A DNA stretch of 58,395 nucleotides from a virus (Duplodnaviria > Caudoviricetes). Shown piece by piece: positions 7,193 to 15,299 of this stretch. A program made the translations under genes and the position numbers. The stretch is taken from the IMG/VR virus record IMGVR_UViG_3300022896_000001, positions 1 to 58,395 of that record. The stretch is one strand, 5' to 3'. Numbering within the stretch: position 1 is the first letter of the stretch; each line of letters starts with the position of its first letter. The notes beneath the pieces are model-generated. The model was not told the origin of the DNA and ran no database searches. It saw only the letters and a list, made by a program, of their open reading frames with translations.

Positions 7193-8860
7193 TCAGTCGG
7201 CTTGCTCGGCGGAGCGGCTGGTGAAGTGCGCCGACAGGAGCCGGTTCTTCTCGGCGTCGCCCTCCAGCGCGGCGGCCTTCGCGTTGAGCTCGGTGACCCG
7301 GTCGGGGAACTTCGCCGCGGCGCGGGCGTCGGCGCGCAGCCGCTCCGCCTCCTGGACGAGGGCGAGGTGGCGGGCGGAGGCGTCGCTGGCGGCCTCGTTG
7401 AGCGCGTTCTTGCGCTCGGCCGCCGTGGACTCCTCGGTGAGGTTCTCGAAGTGGTTCGCGAAGTCGGTGACGGCGACGGTCATGGGGTCTCTCCTGGTCG
7501 TGGTGATGACGTGCGATTCGTGGTGTTCGTGCTGTTCAGGGGGGTGAGGTGAGGCATGAGGTGAGGGGTGAGGTGGAGGTGAGGGCTTGCCCTTGTCGTG
7601 GTCTCTGGGCCAGGCGTAGTCGTCGACCGTGGACTGGCCGGGCCACACGTAGTCGTCGGCGGTCTGGCCGGGCCACCAGTCGGGCATCGGGTCGGTCTCG
7701 CCCTCGTCGATGCCCGTGGTGAACTTCTTCGGCGGGCCGGGCTTGAACGGGGTCCGGAGCGCGTCGGCCACGGCGTGCCCGTCGACGGCGCGGACCTGGT
7801 TGCCGACGAACGTGGCGAACCCGGAGTACGCGCTGCGGGCTCCGCGGCCGACCAAGCGCCACGCGCCGGACGAGTCCGACGACGAGCCGTGGCCCTTGCT
7901 GCCGCCTCCCGACCCTCCCTTGCTCCCGCCCTTGCCCTTGCCGCCGCCGTTGCCTCCGGACTTGCCGCCGCCGCGGGAGCCTCCCGGCGAGCCCTTGCCC
8001 CTCCCGCCCGACGGCCTCCCGCCTCCCGTGCCGGGGCTCCCGAGCCTCCCGCCCGACACCCGGTTCAGCAGGCTCCTGCCGCGCCCGCGGGACGAGGTGC
8101 TCCCGCCTCCCGTGCCACCCTTGCTCCCACCCTTGCCCGGCCCCTTGCCGGGAGCCCTCCCGCCGGACCTCCCGCCCGACCTCCCGGTGGAGCCGTGAGC
8201 CGACCGGGCTCCCGAGACGCCACGCGGGAGGAACCTTCCGAGGCTCCCGCCCGACGACCTCCCGCCCGACCGGGAGCCTCCCGACCGGGCACCGGACCGG
8301 GAGGACAGGAGGCCGCGCGCCTTGCCCAGGAGGCCACCCCGCCGGGAGGCTCCCGGGAGCCCTCCCGCCGTGCGCCTCCCGCCGGGAGCTCCCGCCTTGG
8401 CCGGGAACCTCCCGCCCGTGAGGCTGCGAAGCCGGGAGGCGAACCTCCCGTTGCGGGCGCGCGCCAGCCCGGACCTCCCGCGGCCTCCCGCCGACCGCAG
8501 CGCACGGCCGAGGCGGGTCCCGCCCAGCGCGCGGCCGAGCCGACCCGCGCCCGCCCGACGCCCGCCACGGCCGCGGGCCAGCTGCCAGCCCAGCGCCCCC
8601 AGCCCGGCCAGCAGCACCAAGCCGCCGAGGATCAAGCCGAGGGAAGGGCTGGCCAGCGACGACACCACCACCGCGGCAACCACAAGCAGCGGCACGCCGA
8701 GCCGGAGCAGCGCGGTGGCCAGCGGGACACCGGTGGTGCCGAACGTCGGCAGACCCTCCGGCTCGTCGACCGGCGACGCGGGTGCAGCGGCTGGCGAGGT
8801 CGGTGCGGGCCGAGGGCTCAGGGTGAGCGGGGGCCGCGGCGGCGGGGTCGGGGTGCTCAT
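7193..8860 (-). CDS. Spd-like membrane protein with Gly/Arg-rich linker and C-terminal coiled coil (internal start 7483)
   Basis: Two N-terminal TM helices, low-complexity centre; AGGAGAG RBS before in-frame ATG 7483. Confidence 0.7.
   Translation of the reverse strand: MSTPTPPPRPPLTLSPRPAPTSPAAAPASPVDEPEGLPTFGTTGVPLATALLRLGVPLLVVAAVVVSSLASPSLGLILGGLVLLAGLGALGWQLARGRGGRRAGAGRLGRALGGTRLGRALRSAGGRGRSGLARARNGRFASRLRSLTGGRFPAKAGAPGGRRTAGGLPGASRRGGLLGKARGLLSSRSGARSGGSRSGGRSSGGSLGRFLPRGVSGARSAHGSTGRSGGRSGGRAPGKGPGKGGSKGGTGGGSTSSRGRGRSLLNRVSGGRLGSPGTGGGRPSGGRGKGSPGGSRGGGKSGGNGGGKGKGGSKGGSGGGSKGHGSSSDSSGAWRLVGRGARSAYSGFATFVGNQVRAVDGHAVADALRTPFKPGPPKKFTTGIDEGETDPMPDWWPGQTADDYVWPGQSTVDDYAWPRDHDKGKPSPPPHPSPHASPHPPEQHEHHESHVITTTRRDPMTVAVTDFANHFENLTEESTAAERKNALNEAASDASARHLALVQEAERLRADARAAAKFPDRVTELNAKAAALEGDAEKNRLLSAHFTSRSAEQAD
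7544..7584 (+). repeat. Second cluster of (G)TGAGGTGAGG repeats
   Basis: Copies at 7544 and 7557, degenerate copy at 7568-7584. Confidence 0.7.
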
Positions 8861-9275
8861 CCGGTCTGCTCCCGGTGCTCCTGCTCGGCGGCCTCGACGA
8901 ACTTCTTCGCCCGGGACGCCCCGATCCCGAGAGCCTTCTTCACGCGGTCGGCGGTCGGGAGCTCCCGGTGCTCCTGCTCCCAGGAAGCGATGAACTCCCG
9001 GATGTCCTCGTCGGAGCGGGAGGCCCTCATCGGGAGCACCTGGTGCTCCCGCCCCAGGGAGGCTCCCGGCTCTGCGGCAGCCTCCCGGTCGGGCTCCCGC
9101 TCGGCGGGCGGGAGCACCACGGGAGCTCCCGGCGGGAGCACGACGGCGGGAGCTTCGGGAGCCTCCTGCTTGCCGGGAGCCGGGACGCGGGCCATCACGG
9201 TCGAAGCGGGAGCCTGCTGCTCCACGGCGGGCGGGAGCACCTCCTCCTGCTCCGGGACGGCGGGAGCCTCCCGGA
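7905..9275. repeat. Dense CGGGAG(C)/(G)CTCCCG motif arrays in both orientations across two genes
   Basis: Many copies, including palindromic GGGAGCTCCC (about 8384, 8957, 9121). Confidence 0.7.
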
Positions 9276-9735
9276 CCGGCTCATCGTCCGCGCGGAGCAT
9301 GTGCAGCAAGGCCGCGGTCATCCCGACGATCGCGATCGGCAGGCACGCCACCCCGACCACGATCTGCCACGGCGCCACGCGCTGCCCGAACGTCTCCAAG
9401 AGGTGGTACGCCACCTGGCCCAGCGCGCCGAGCACGAGGGCGGTGATCCCGGAGACCATCGCGAACGTGCGGGTGCGGTCCGACATCGGCCGGGACGACA
9501 GCCACACCCCGAGCGCGTAGGCCGCGTAGGCCTCGATCCCGAGCGGGAGGGTGATCGCGGAGTTGATGACGAACTCGTCGGCGATGCCGGGCAGGAGCTT
9601 GACGGGGCCGAACCCGGCCTTCTCGCCGAGGCCGACCCACCCGGACCAGGTCGCGACGAACGCGGGCGCGGCGATGGCGATGAGCGGCCAGCGTCGGGCT
9701 CGCCCGTCAGCGGGGGTGGGCTTGGATCCGAACAT
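8857..9735 (-). CDS. SpdB2/DUF2637-like membrane protein with C-terminal HTH
   Basis: About four TM helices (AFVATWSGWVGLG, LPLGIEAYAAYALGVW); C-term PTADRVKKALGIGASRAKKF; GGAG RBS before ATG 9735. Confidence 0.75.
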   Translation of the reverse strand: MFGSKPTPADGRARRWPLIAIAAPAFVATWSGWVGLGEKAGFGPVKLLPGIADEFVINSAITLPLGIEAYAAYALGVWLSSRPMSDRTRTFAMVSGITALVLGALGQVAYHLLETFGQRVAPWQIVVGVACLPIAIVGMTAALLHMLRADDEPVREAPAVPEQEEVLPPAVEQQAPASTVMARVPAPGKQEAPEAPAVVLPPGAPVVLPPAEREPDREAAAEPGASLGREHQVLPMRASRSDEDIREFIASWEQEHRELPTADRVKKALGIGASRAKKFVEAAEQEHREQTG

Positions 9736-9758
9736 GGTGAAGGTCTCCCAGTGGTGGG

Positions 9759-10253
9759 TCAGAGGAGGCGGGCGAGGTCGCGGCCAGACACGAAGCCGTC
9801 CTCCAGCAGAGCTGCGGCCATCGCCTCGACCGCACCCCACTGCTCGACGAGCAGGTCGTAGCTCCAGGCGTAGGCCGCGTCGACGGTCAACGCGGTGAGA
9901 CGGACCAGGTCGCGGACCTTGCCCGCGTCGGAGGGGTTGTCGTACACGGCGGCCCGGCGTCGGGACTTGAAGCTGCCCCCGCAGACCGCGGCGGTCCACA
10001 GCGCTTCGGCGTCGATCCCGGCCGCGGCGATGAGCTGGTCGTCGGTGTCGTCGTAGTCCTTGGCGTCGACGAACCCTTCGACGGACCACGAGGTGAAGAA
10101 GAAGCCGGAGCGGACGGTGGTGATGCTGGCGCTGACGACGGGCAGCTCTCGTGCGAACGCGGCGAGGGCGTGCCCGGCCTCGTGGTGGGCTGCGCGTTCG
10201 CGTTGCAGTTGGAGTTGCTGCTGTTTGCCTGAGGTGAGCACGCCCGGGAGCAT
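9759..10253 (-). CDS. Stand-alone M41/FtsH-like zinc peptidase domain protein
   Basis: AAHHEAGHAL HExxH motif; downstream AAG..AE and SD motifs; ..AALLEDGFVSG end. Confidence 0.7.
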   Translation of the reverse strand: MLPGVLTSGKQQQLQLQRERAAHHEAGHALAAFARELPVVSASITTVRSGFFFTSWSVEGFVDAKDYDDTDDQLIAAAGIDAEALWTAAVCGGSFKSRRRAAVYDNPSDAGKVRDLVRLTALTVDAAYAWSYDLLVEQWGAVEAMAAALLEDGFVSGRDLARLL

Positions 10254-10340
10254 GGCGGGACCTTCCAGTTGGAGACGACTTGGTGAGGGCCCGGTCGGGG
10301 CGGGGTCTTCTTGGCGGACGGCGCCCGCCCCGACCGGGGG

Positions 10341-10607
10341 CTAGAGGGTGGAGGCGTCCGCGGCGGCGAGCAGCAGACCCGTCTCGGCGAGGCCGCGGTA
10401 CGTCCCGGCGAGCTCGGTCAGGATCGACACGCGGGCCTGGATCCGCGACTCGTTTGCGTAGAGGCCTTGGGCTTCGATGGCGGCGTGGCGGGCCAGGGTG
10501 ACCGCGGCTGCCTGGTTCTCTTCCGGGTTGGTCGGGGGCTGGTCGGCGAGGCTCTTGAGGTAGGCGCTGACGTGGCCGAGGGGGCGACTGGTGTGGGTGG
10601 TGTTCAT
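10341..10607 (-). CDS. Hypothetical protein
   Basis: GAAGGA RBS, ATGA coupling. Confidence 0.65.
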   Translation of the reverse strand: MNTTHTSRPLGHVSAYLKSLADQPPTNPEENQAAAVTLARHAAIEAQGLYANESRIQARVSILTELAGTYRGLAETGLLLAAADASTL

Positions 10608-10756
10608 TCCTTCGGTCCCAGCGTCTTGGCGACGGCGATCATCAGGGCGGGGTCCTCCTTGAAGGCGTCGAGGACCAGGTCGTTGAGGCGCTGGATGCGC
10701 CGGGAGAGATTGGCCACGGCCACGGCCACGGGGTCGGGTTGCTTGTCGGCGCTCAC
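10604..10756 (-). CDS. Hypothetical protein
   Basis: GGAG RBS + GTG 10756. Confidence 0.55.
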   Translation of the reverse strand: MSADKQPDPVAVAVANLSRRIQRLNDLVLDAFKEDPALMIAVAKTLGPKE

Positions 10757-10790
10757 GGTGTTCTCCGGTTCTGTGCGGGTGTCCTGAAGG

Positions 10791-10976
10791 TCAGTCCAGG
10801 ACGGTGACGGGGTGGTCCGGGGTGGCGGTGTAGTCGCCGCCGGTGGTGATGACGAGGAGGTCGCCATCCAGGTAGGGGGAGTCGCCGACGAGCAGGACGT
10901 GGGCGGTGTTGCCGCCGTCGGGGTTGATGATGCTGTCCCCTGCGTTGAGGTCTGCGGCGGTCTTGGTGCTGGTCAC
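10791..10976 (-). CDS. Hypothetical protein, first gene of the transfer operon
   Basis: AGGAG RBS + GTG. Confidence 0.65.
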   Translation of the reverse strand: MTSTKTAADLNAGDSIINPDGGNTAHVLLVGDSPYLDGDLLVITTGGDYTATPDHPVTVLD

Positions 10977-11024
10977 GGGTGCTCCTGCGTGGTTGACGGG
11001 TTGCGGTGTGTGCCCGGGCTAGGA

Positions 11025-11050
11025 TTGCAGACTTAGCTGTGCGCCTGCAA
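11025..11050. promoter_or_regulatory. Divergent promoter region with inverted repeat TTGCAG-N14-CTGCAA, candidate GntR operator
   Basis: Lies between the divergent tra operon and the gntR gene. Confidence 0.4.
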
Positions 11051-11083
11051 GTATGGTGCCACGAGTTGACCCGAAGGATGGCG

Positions 11084-11902
11084 ATGACCCAACCGGCCGA
11101 CGACCTCACCGCACACCTGCGGGAGCAGATCACCACTGGTGAGCTCGCTCCAGGGGACCGCCTGCCCACCGTCAAAGCCGCCCAAGACCTCTGGCGTGTC
11201 GGCGAGTCCGTCGTCCGGACCGCCTACCGCACACTGGCCGCCGAGGGCCTGGTCCGCGGGTCGCACGGCCGCGGCACGGTCGTGCTCGGCCCCGCGCTGA
11301 TCCGCATCGCCCGGCACCGGGCGATGTTCCGGGACCGGCTCGGCTACTACTTCGACCCCGAGGGCCAAGACCTGCGGCTAGTCGGGAAGCCCACCGTCGA
11401 GGTACTGCCCGCGTCCCCGGACATCGCACTCCGCCTGCAAGTGCCGCCAGGGTCGCCGGTGGTGGTGCGGGATCGGGTGCTCGGCAGGCCGGGCACGAAA
11501 CGGACCCGGCCGACGCCTCTGCAAATCGCAACCAGCTACCTGCCCGGCTGGCTCCACGCAGTGCTCCCGATCATCGGCGAGCCGATCACTGGGCCAGGTG
11601 GGATCTACGACCGGATCGAGGAGCACTTCGGGCGGCCGTTGGCGGATCCGGTGGAGGCGCAGGGGGCGGTGTCCGCGACGGCCGCCGAGGCGAAGCGACT
11701 GAACGTCCCGGCTGGGGCGGCACTGGTCCGGATCGCGCGGACGACCGCGCTGGAGGACGGGCGGCCGGTCGAGGTGAACGACACCCGCATGGACGGTGCC
11801 CGGTTCGAGACGGTGATCGTGCTGGCACGCGACGAGTCGGCAGGGTGGCCGCCGGACCCAGCTGTGGAATCACCCGTAGCACCAAGCGAGGAGAACGACT
11901 GA
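11084..11902 (+). CDS. GntR/HutC (UTRA) regulator, KorSA/TraR-like
   Basis: LREQITTGELAPGDRLPT...VRTAYRTLAAEGLV...GRGTVV; UTRA PLQIATSYLP, GPGGIY, DGRPVEV. Confidence 0.92.
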   Translation: MTQPADDLTAHLREQITTGELAPGDRLPTVKAAQDLWRVGESVVRTAYRTLAAEGLVRGSHGRGTVVLGPALIRIARHRAMFRDRLGYYFDPEGQDLRLVGKPTVEVLPASPDIALRLQVPPGSPVVVRDRVLGRPGTKRTRPTPLQIATSYLPGWLHAVLPIIGEPITGPGGIYDRIEEHFGRPLADPVEAQGAVSATAAEAKRLNVPAGAALVRIARTTALEDGRPVEVNDTRMDGARFETVIVLARDESAGWPPDPAVESPVAPSEEND

Positions 11903-11973
11903 TGTCCCGGCTGCTGCCCTAGCCGGCTACTGTCCCTCGTGGAGCGGAACTCCCCCCGACGCTCCGTCCTCAA

Positions 11974-12003
11974 GCTGCCCCCGCGCTCCCCTGCGGGGGC
12001 AGC
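11974..12003 (+). terminator. Hairpin after gntR
   Basis: GCTGCCCCCGC-N8-GCGGGGGCAGC. Confidence 0.55.
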
Positions 12004-12113
12004 GCTATGTCGTCACCGCGGCTTGCCGGTCCACACGAGACAGTTCCGTGTATCGCCACCTACTGTGGAACGCGATACACCACCGCCACGCCGCCGCCGC
12101 TTGTGAGGTCCCC

Positions 12114-12458
12114 ATGATCGAGCCCGTTTCCGTCGACCGCACGCTGGTCTTAGTCCCCAACGACCAGGCCGAGGCGATGGCCATACCGCCGGGCTCCTCC
12201 CGCATCGAGGTCGCGAACAGGCTCGGGCAACTGGTCGACCTCGCGCCGCTCATCCACGCGACCTGGGCCCTCATCGCCGAAGAGGTGACCGTCGCCGCCC
12301 GCGCCTGGACCGAGGCGCTACGCAACGTCGAAGGCCTCCCCGAGGTGCCGCCGACCGACCCGAGAGCCCGCGCGCTGTGGCTGCGTCAGCGTCGTGGCAC
12401 CGGTCCGGTCCGGCAGCGTTGTGCCCCGCGCTCGCTCGTTCCAGGGCGTGCCAGATGA
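12114..12458 (+). CDS. Hypothetical protein
   Basis: GAGG RBS; ATGA coupled to next gene. Confidence 0.6.
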   Translation: MIEPVSVDRTLVLVPNDQAEAMAIPPGSSRIEVANRLGQLVDLAPLIHATWALIAEEVTVAARAWTEALRNVEGLPEVPPTDPRARALWLRQRRGTGPVRQRCAPRSLVPGRAR

Positions 12459-13078
12459 GCCTTCTGTGCACGCACCCGGACTGCGCACCCCGACCCACAC
12501 CCCGCCCGGCCGCTGACGGCACCCGCGTCTGCCAGCCCCACACCGACCAGTTCCTCGGCCACTGCACCCTGATCCCTGACCTGTGGGCCCCGTTCCTCGA
12601 CGACGACGCCCTGATCCCCGTCAAGAGCGGCGGCGGCCGCGCGGCCCCAGGGATCGCGCTGTCCGCGCCGATCAACCTCACCGTGTTCGCCATGCTCGAC
12701 CCCCGCACCTCGTGGGCCGAGCCCGGCGATCTCCTCAACCCGCCACGGGCGCTCGGGGAGATCGCGGCACAGGCCCTGCTCGACGCGACGGGCCAGCTAC
12801 GCAGCATCGGGGGGTTCAGCGTCGCCGAGTCGTGCCAGATCCTCGGACGCTCGCAGCTGACCCGCTGGGCCCTCGCGCAGGAGTGGGCTGGGCGGATGTG
12901 CTGGACCGTCGGCTTGGTCTACCAACTGCTCGCCGGGCTGTCGGGGGAGCACCGGCCCCGCGCGGTCGGCGACTGCCCGGACTGCCCCGGACGACTCCGG
13001 CCGATCCCCACCGGCGCACGGTGCGGGGCCTGCGGGCACACCGTGGGCGGCTTCCAACTCCTCGGGAGGACAGCGTGA
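12455..13078 (+). CDS. Zn-finger-containing prophage protein, possible late regulator
   Basis: CxxxxC/CxxH N-term; CPDC and CGAC C-term; position upstream of terminase. Confidence 0.6.
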   Translation: MSLLCTHPDCAPRPTPRPAADGTRVCQPHTDQFLGHCTLIPDLWAPFLDDDALIPVKSGGGRAAPGIALSAPINLTVFAMLDPRTSWAEPGDLLNPPRALGEIAAQALLDATGQLRSIGGFSVAESCQILGRSQLTRWALAQEWAGRMCWTVGLVYQLLAGLSGEHRPRAVGDCPDCPGRLRPIPTGARCGACGHTVGGFQLLGRTA

Positions 13079-13287
13079 GCGACCGGAGTTGGATCAACAC
13101 GCCGTTGGCCGACATCGCACGGCAGCTGGTTGCGGACGCCACTGCTCAGCTGCCGGTCGGCTCGCGCCTCATCCCCGACGACGCCGTGGTCGTGGTGCGG
13201 CAGAACAGCGTGGAGGTCCGAGTGCACGCACCGAACCCCTACGGCAAGCGCCTCCCTGGCTACCCCGAGGCGGTGCCCCGTGGATGA
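13075..13287 (+). CDS. Hypothetical protein
   Basis: GGAGG RBS, GTGA overlap. Confidence 0.55.
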   Translation: MSDRSWINTPLADIARQLVADATAQLPVGSRLIPDDAVVVVRQNSVEVRVHAPNPYGKRLPGYPEAVPRG

Positions 13288-13645
13288 CCAGATCGTTCGA
13301 CTCACCTGGGACGGCAAGCTCGTCACCGCGCCCGCAGGCACGAACAAGTGCGCGCAGACGGTCGGCCGACCTCACTGGTCCGACTTGACCCACCGCCTCG
13401 CCTACGCCGACAACCCCGGCCCGATGGTCCAACTCCTGACCGGGTGTGGACATCGTGCGCACCGCTTCGTGCTGGAGACCGAGGGGAAGCAAGTCGACTG
13501 CCCGAACTGTCTGGCGAACGGCGAGCTCGCGGCAGACCTCGAAGAGGGGCTGGCGCAGGCCCGAGCAGGCGACACGGTGCCCGCCGAGACGATCGCCGAT
13601 GACCTCCAGCGGCGGCGAGAAGCTGGCGAGGACCCCCGTGGATGA
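13280..13645 (+). CDS. Hypothetical protein
   Basis: Overlapping-gene chain; CxxC. Confidence 0.55.
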   Translation: MDDQIVRLTWDGKLVTAPAGTNKCAQTVGRPHWSDLTHRLAYADNPGPMVQLLTGCGHRAHRFVLETEGKQVDCPNCLANGELAADLEEGLAQARAGDTVPAETIADDLQRRREAGEDPRG

Positions 13646-13940
13646 CGCCGTCGCGCAGCAGCTGATCGAGGACATGGCGGCGAAGTGGGTCGCGGACACG
13701 ACGCTGGAGCTGCCGTCCAGCCTGCCCCCTGCACCCATCGACCCGGTCGAGATGCTCAGGGAGGTGGACCGGCTGCTAGACCGGCTCCCGATCGTGGTGT
13801 GCTCCGCCGAGGACGAGCAACGCGTCCGCGCATCGATCCCGTGGGACGCCCCGATGCGCGTGCAGGTCGACAGCCAGTTCGCCGCGCCGGGCACGGCGTA
13901 CGTGATCAACCCGGAGGGACTGCTCCCATGGACGACCTAG
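13638..13940 (+). CDS. Hypothetical protein
   Basis: GAGGA RBS + GTG. Confidence 0.55.
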   Translation: MDDAVAQQLIEDMAAKWVADTTLELPSSLPPAPIDPVEMLREVDRLLDRLPIVVCSAEDEQRVRASIPWDAPMRVQVDSQFAAPGTAYVINPEGLLPWTT

Positions 13941-14209
13941 TGGTGTGGCTGCGCGCCCAGATCGCTGCTGCCGAGGCCAGCGCTCGCACCGACGAGTGGA
14001 ACCGCCCCCACGGGTCACGCTGCGGCATCACGGCCGACAACCTCCCGGAGTGCGACTGCGACTACTGGAAGACCGTGCTGGCCCAGTGCGAGGCGCACGA
14101 GATGGTCCTGAGACTGGCTGAAACCGTGTATGTCGGCTATGCCGCAGTCCGCGCTGTCGGCTTGGCCTACCAGCACAACCCCGGCTACCGCGAGGAGTGG
14201 AAGCCGTGA
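13928..14209 (+). CDS. DUF6221-like actinophage protein
   Basis: MDDLVVWLRAQI...VLAQCEA...AYQHNPGYREEW pattern. Confidence 0.7.
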   Translation: MDDLVVWLRAQIAAAEASARTDEWNRPHGSRCGITADNLPECDCDYWKTVLAQCEAHEMVLRLAETVYVGYAAVRAVGLAYQHNPGYREEWKP

Positions 14210-14409
14210 TGACCCTCGCGCCGCGCTGGTCGGAGTCCAGTGGCGAAACGCCCATCCAGCACTGGCGGCGAACCCATCCCGGCGTGGACCTGGAGCGTTG
14301 GGTGGTCGCGTGGTCTGCGCTGGACAGCATTCAGTCGGACTGGGAGTACCGCAACGGGGCGCTCGCCCTGCCGGAGAAGTACACGGGCCAGCGCGGGTGG
14401 TGGCTGTGA
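14209..14409 (+). CDS. Hypothetical protein
   Basis: TGATG coupling. Confidence 0.5.
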   Translation: MTLAPRWSESSGETPIQHWRRTHPGVDLERWVVAWSALDSIQSDWEYRNGALALPEKYTGQRGWWL

Positions 14410-14696
14410 GCCCCTACCTCTCGGCCGACCTCGCCGTGCTGCTGCTCCACCAGGAGGCGACCCGCACAGGGGACGTCCGCCTGCGCATCAAGGCCGCGAC
14501 CCTCTACCAGTGGGTGCGCCGACAGCACATCGTCTACGACCGGGCCCGTGGCGGCTTCGACGTGGCGAGCATCGTGGAGTACGTGACCAAGCGGCCCGCG
14601 CGGGGCCAGCGGGCGCGCCGTGTTGACCAAGCTCGAAGCGAGGTGTCAGAATCCCGCGCAGCACCACCCGTGTGCGACGACCTCAAAGCCTCGTAG
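14406..14696 (+). CDS. HTH DNA-binding protein (MerR/excisionase-like), possible late regulator
   Basis: IKAATLYQWVRRQHI...FDVASI. Confidence 0.6.
   Translation: MSPYLSADLAVLLLHQEATRTGDVRLRIKAATLYQWVRRQHIVYDRARGGFDVASIVEYVTKRPARGQRARRVDQARSEVSESRAAPPVCDDLKAS
14623..14652 (+). promoter_or_regulatory. Candidate late promoter
   Basis: TTGACC-N18-CAGAAT. Confidence 0.45.
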
Positions 14697-14697
14697 C

Positions 14698-14734
14698 TGA
14701 AGCCCCCGGAGACCCACTGGGTCCGGGGGCTTCA
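14698..14734 (+). terminator. Hairpin ahead of the packaging genes
   Basis: TGAAGCCCCCGGA...TCCGGGGGCTTCA 13-bp stem. Confidence 0.65.
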
Positions 14735-14868
14735 CTCGTTCCCGGAGCCTGGCGGTAACCGGGGACGTGCCCGGCAGGGGAAACGCAGGGGAAGCAGACC
14801 CCTGCCGGGCCCATCTTGGGATGCCACCTGCGGAAACGCCGCACCCGGAGGTACCGGGGGGAACGCTC

Positions 14869-15285
14869 ATGCCCCCACGTATCGACGACGGCCGACGCGC
14901 CGCGATCATCGCCGACATCCAGGCAGGCTCGAAGTCAGCCCGCCAGATCGCGAAGGACCACGGGGTCAGCGCCAGCCTCGTCAGCAAAATCGCAGGTGAC
15001 GAGCATGTGCACGGTGCGTTTGAACGTGCACAGACCAAAAAGGCGCGCGAGGCGCTCACAGAGGACAGCAAGGCGATCAGGGCGCAGCTGGCGGCCCGAA
15101 GCCTGACCGACGCTGACATCCTGCGGCAGCGGGCGCTCAAGTCGGAGAGTGCCCGCGACGCCAGGGACTACGCCACGGCGTTCGCGATCTTCGTCGACAA
15201 GCACCTCGTGCTCGACGCCCACGACTCCGACACCCACGGCCTGTCCGACGTCGATGCCTGGCTGGATCACCTCACCGGCGACTGA
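14869..15285 (+). CDS. terS: Terminase small subunit
   Basis: N-terminal HTH (SARQIAKDHGVSASLVSKI); directly upstream of terL. Confidence 0.75.
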   Translation: MPPRIDDGRRAAIIADIQAGSKSARQIAKDHGVSASLVSKIAGDEHVHGAFERAQTKKAREALTEDSKAIRAQLAARSLTDADILRQRALKSESARDARDYATAFAIFVDKHLVLDAHDSDTHGLSDVDAWLDHLTGD

Positions 15286-15299
15286 CCGGGGAGGGTGCG

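Larger units (their letters stand above)
4589..11902. mobile_element. Actinomycete plasmid/AICE-type DNA transfer and spreading module embedded in the phage
   Basis: TraB-like FtsK ATPase, Spd-like membrane proteins and a divergent GntR/UTRA regulator, bounded by hairpins. Confidence 0.8.

Noticed and set aside
4589-11902. Independent AICE/plasmid inserted in the phage
   Set aside because: No own integrase, Rep or flanking direct repeats were seen; treated as a phage module, though a decayed insertion cannot be excluded
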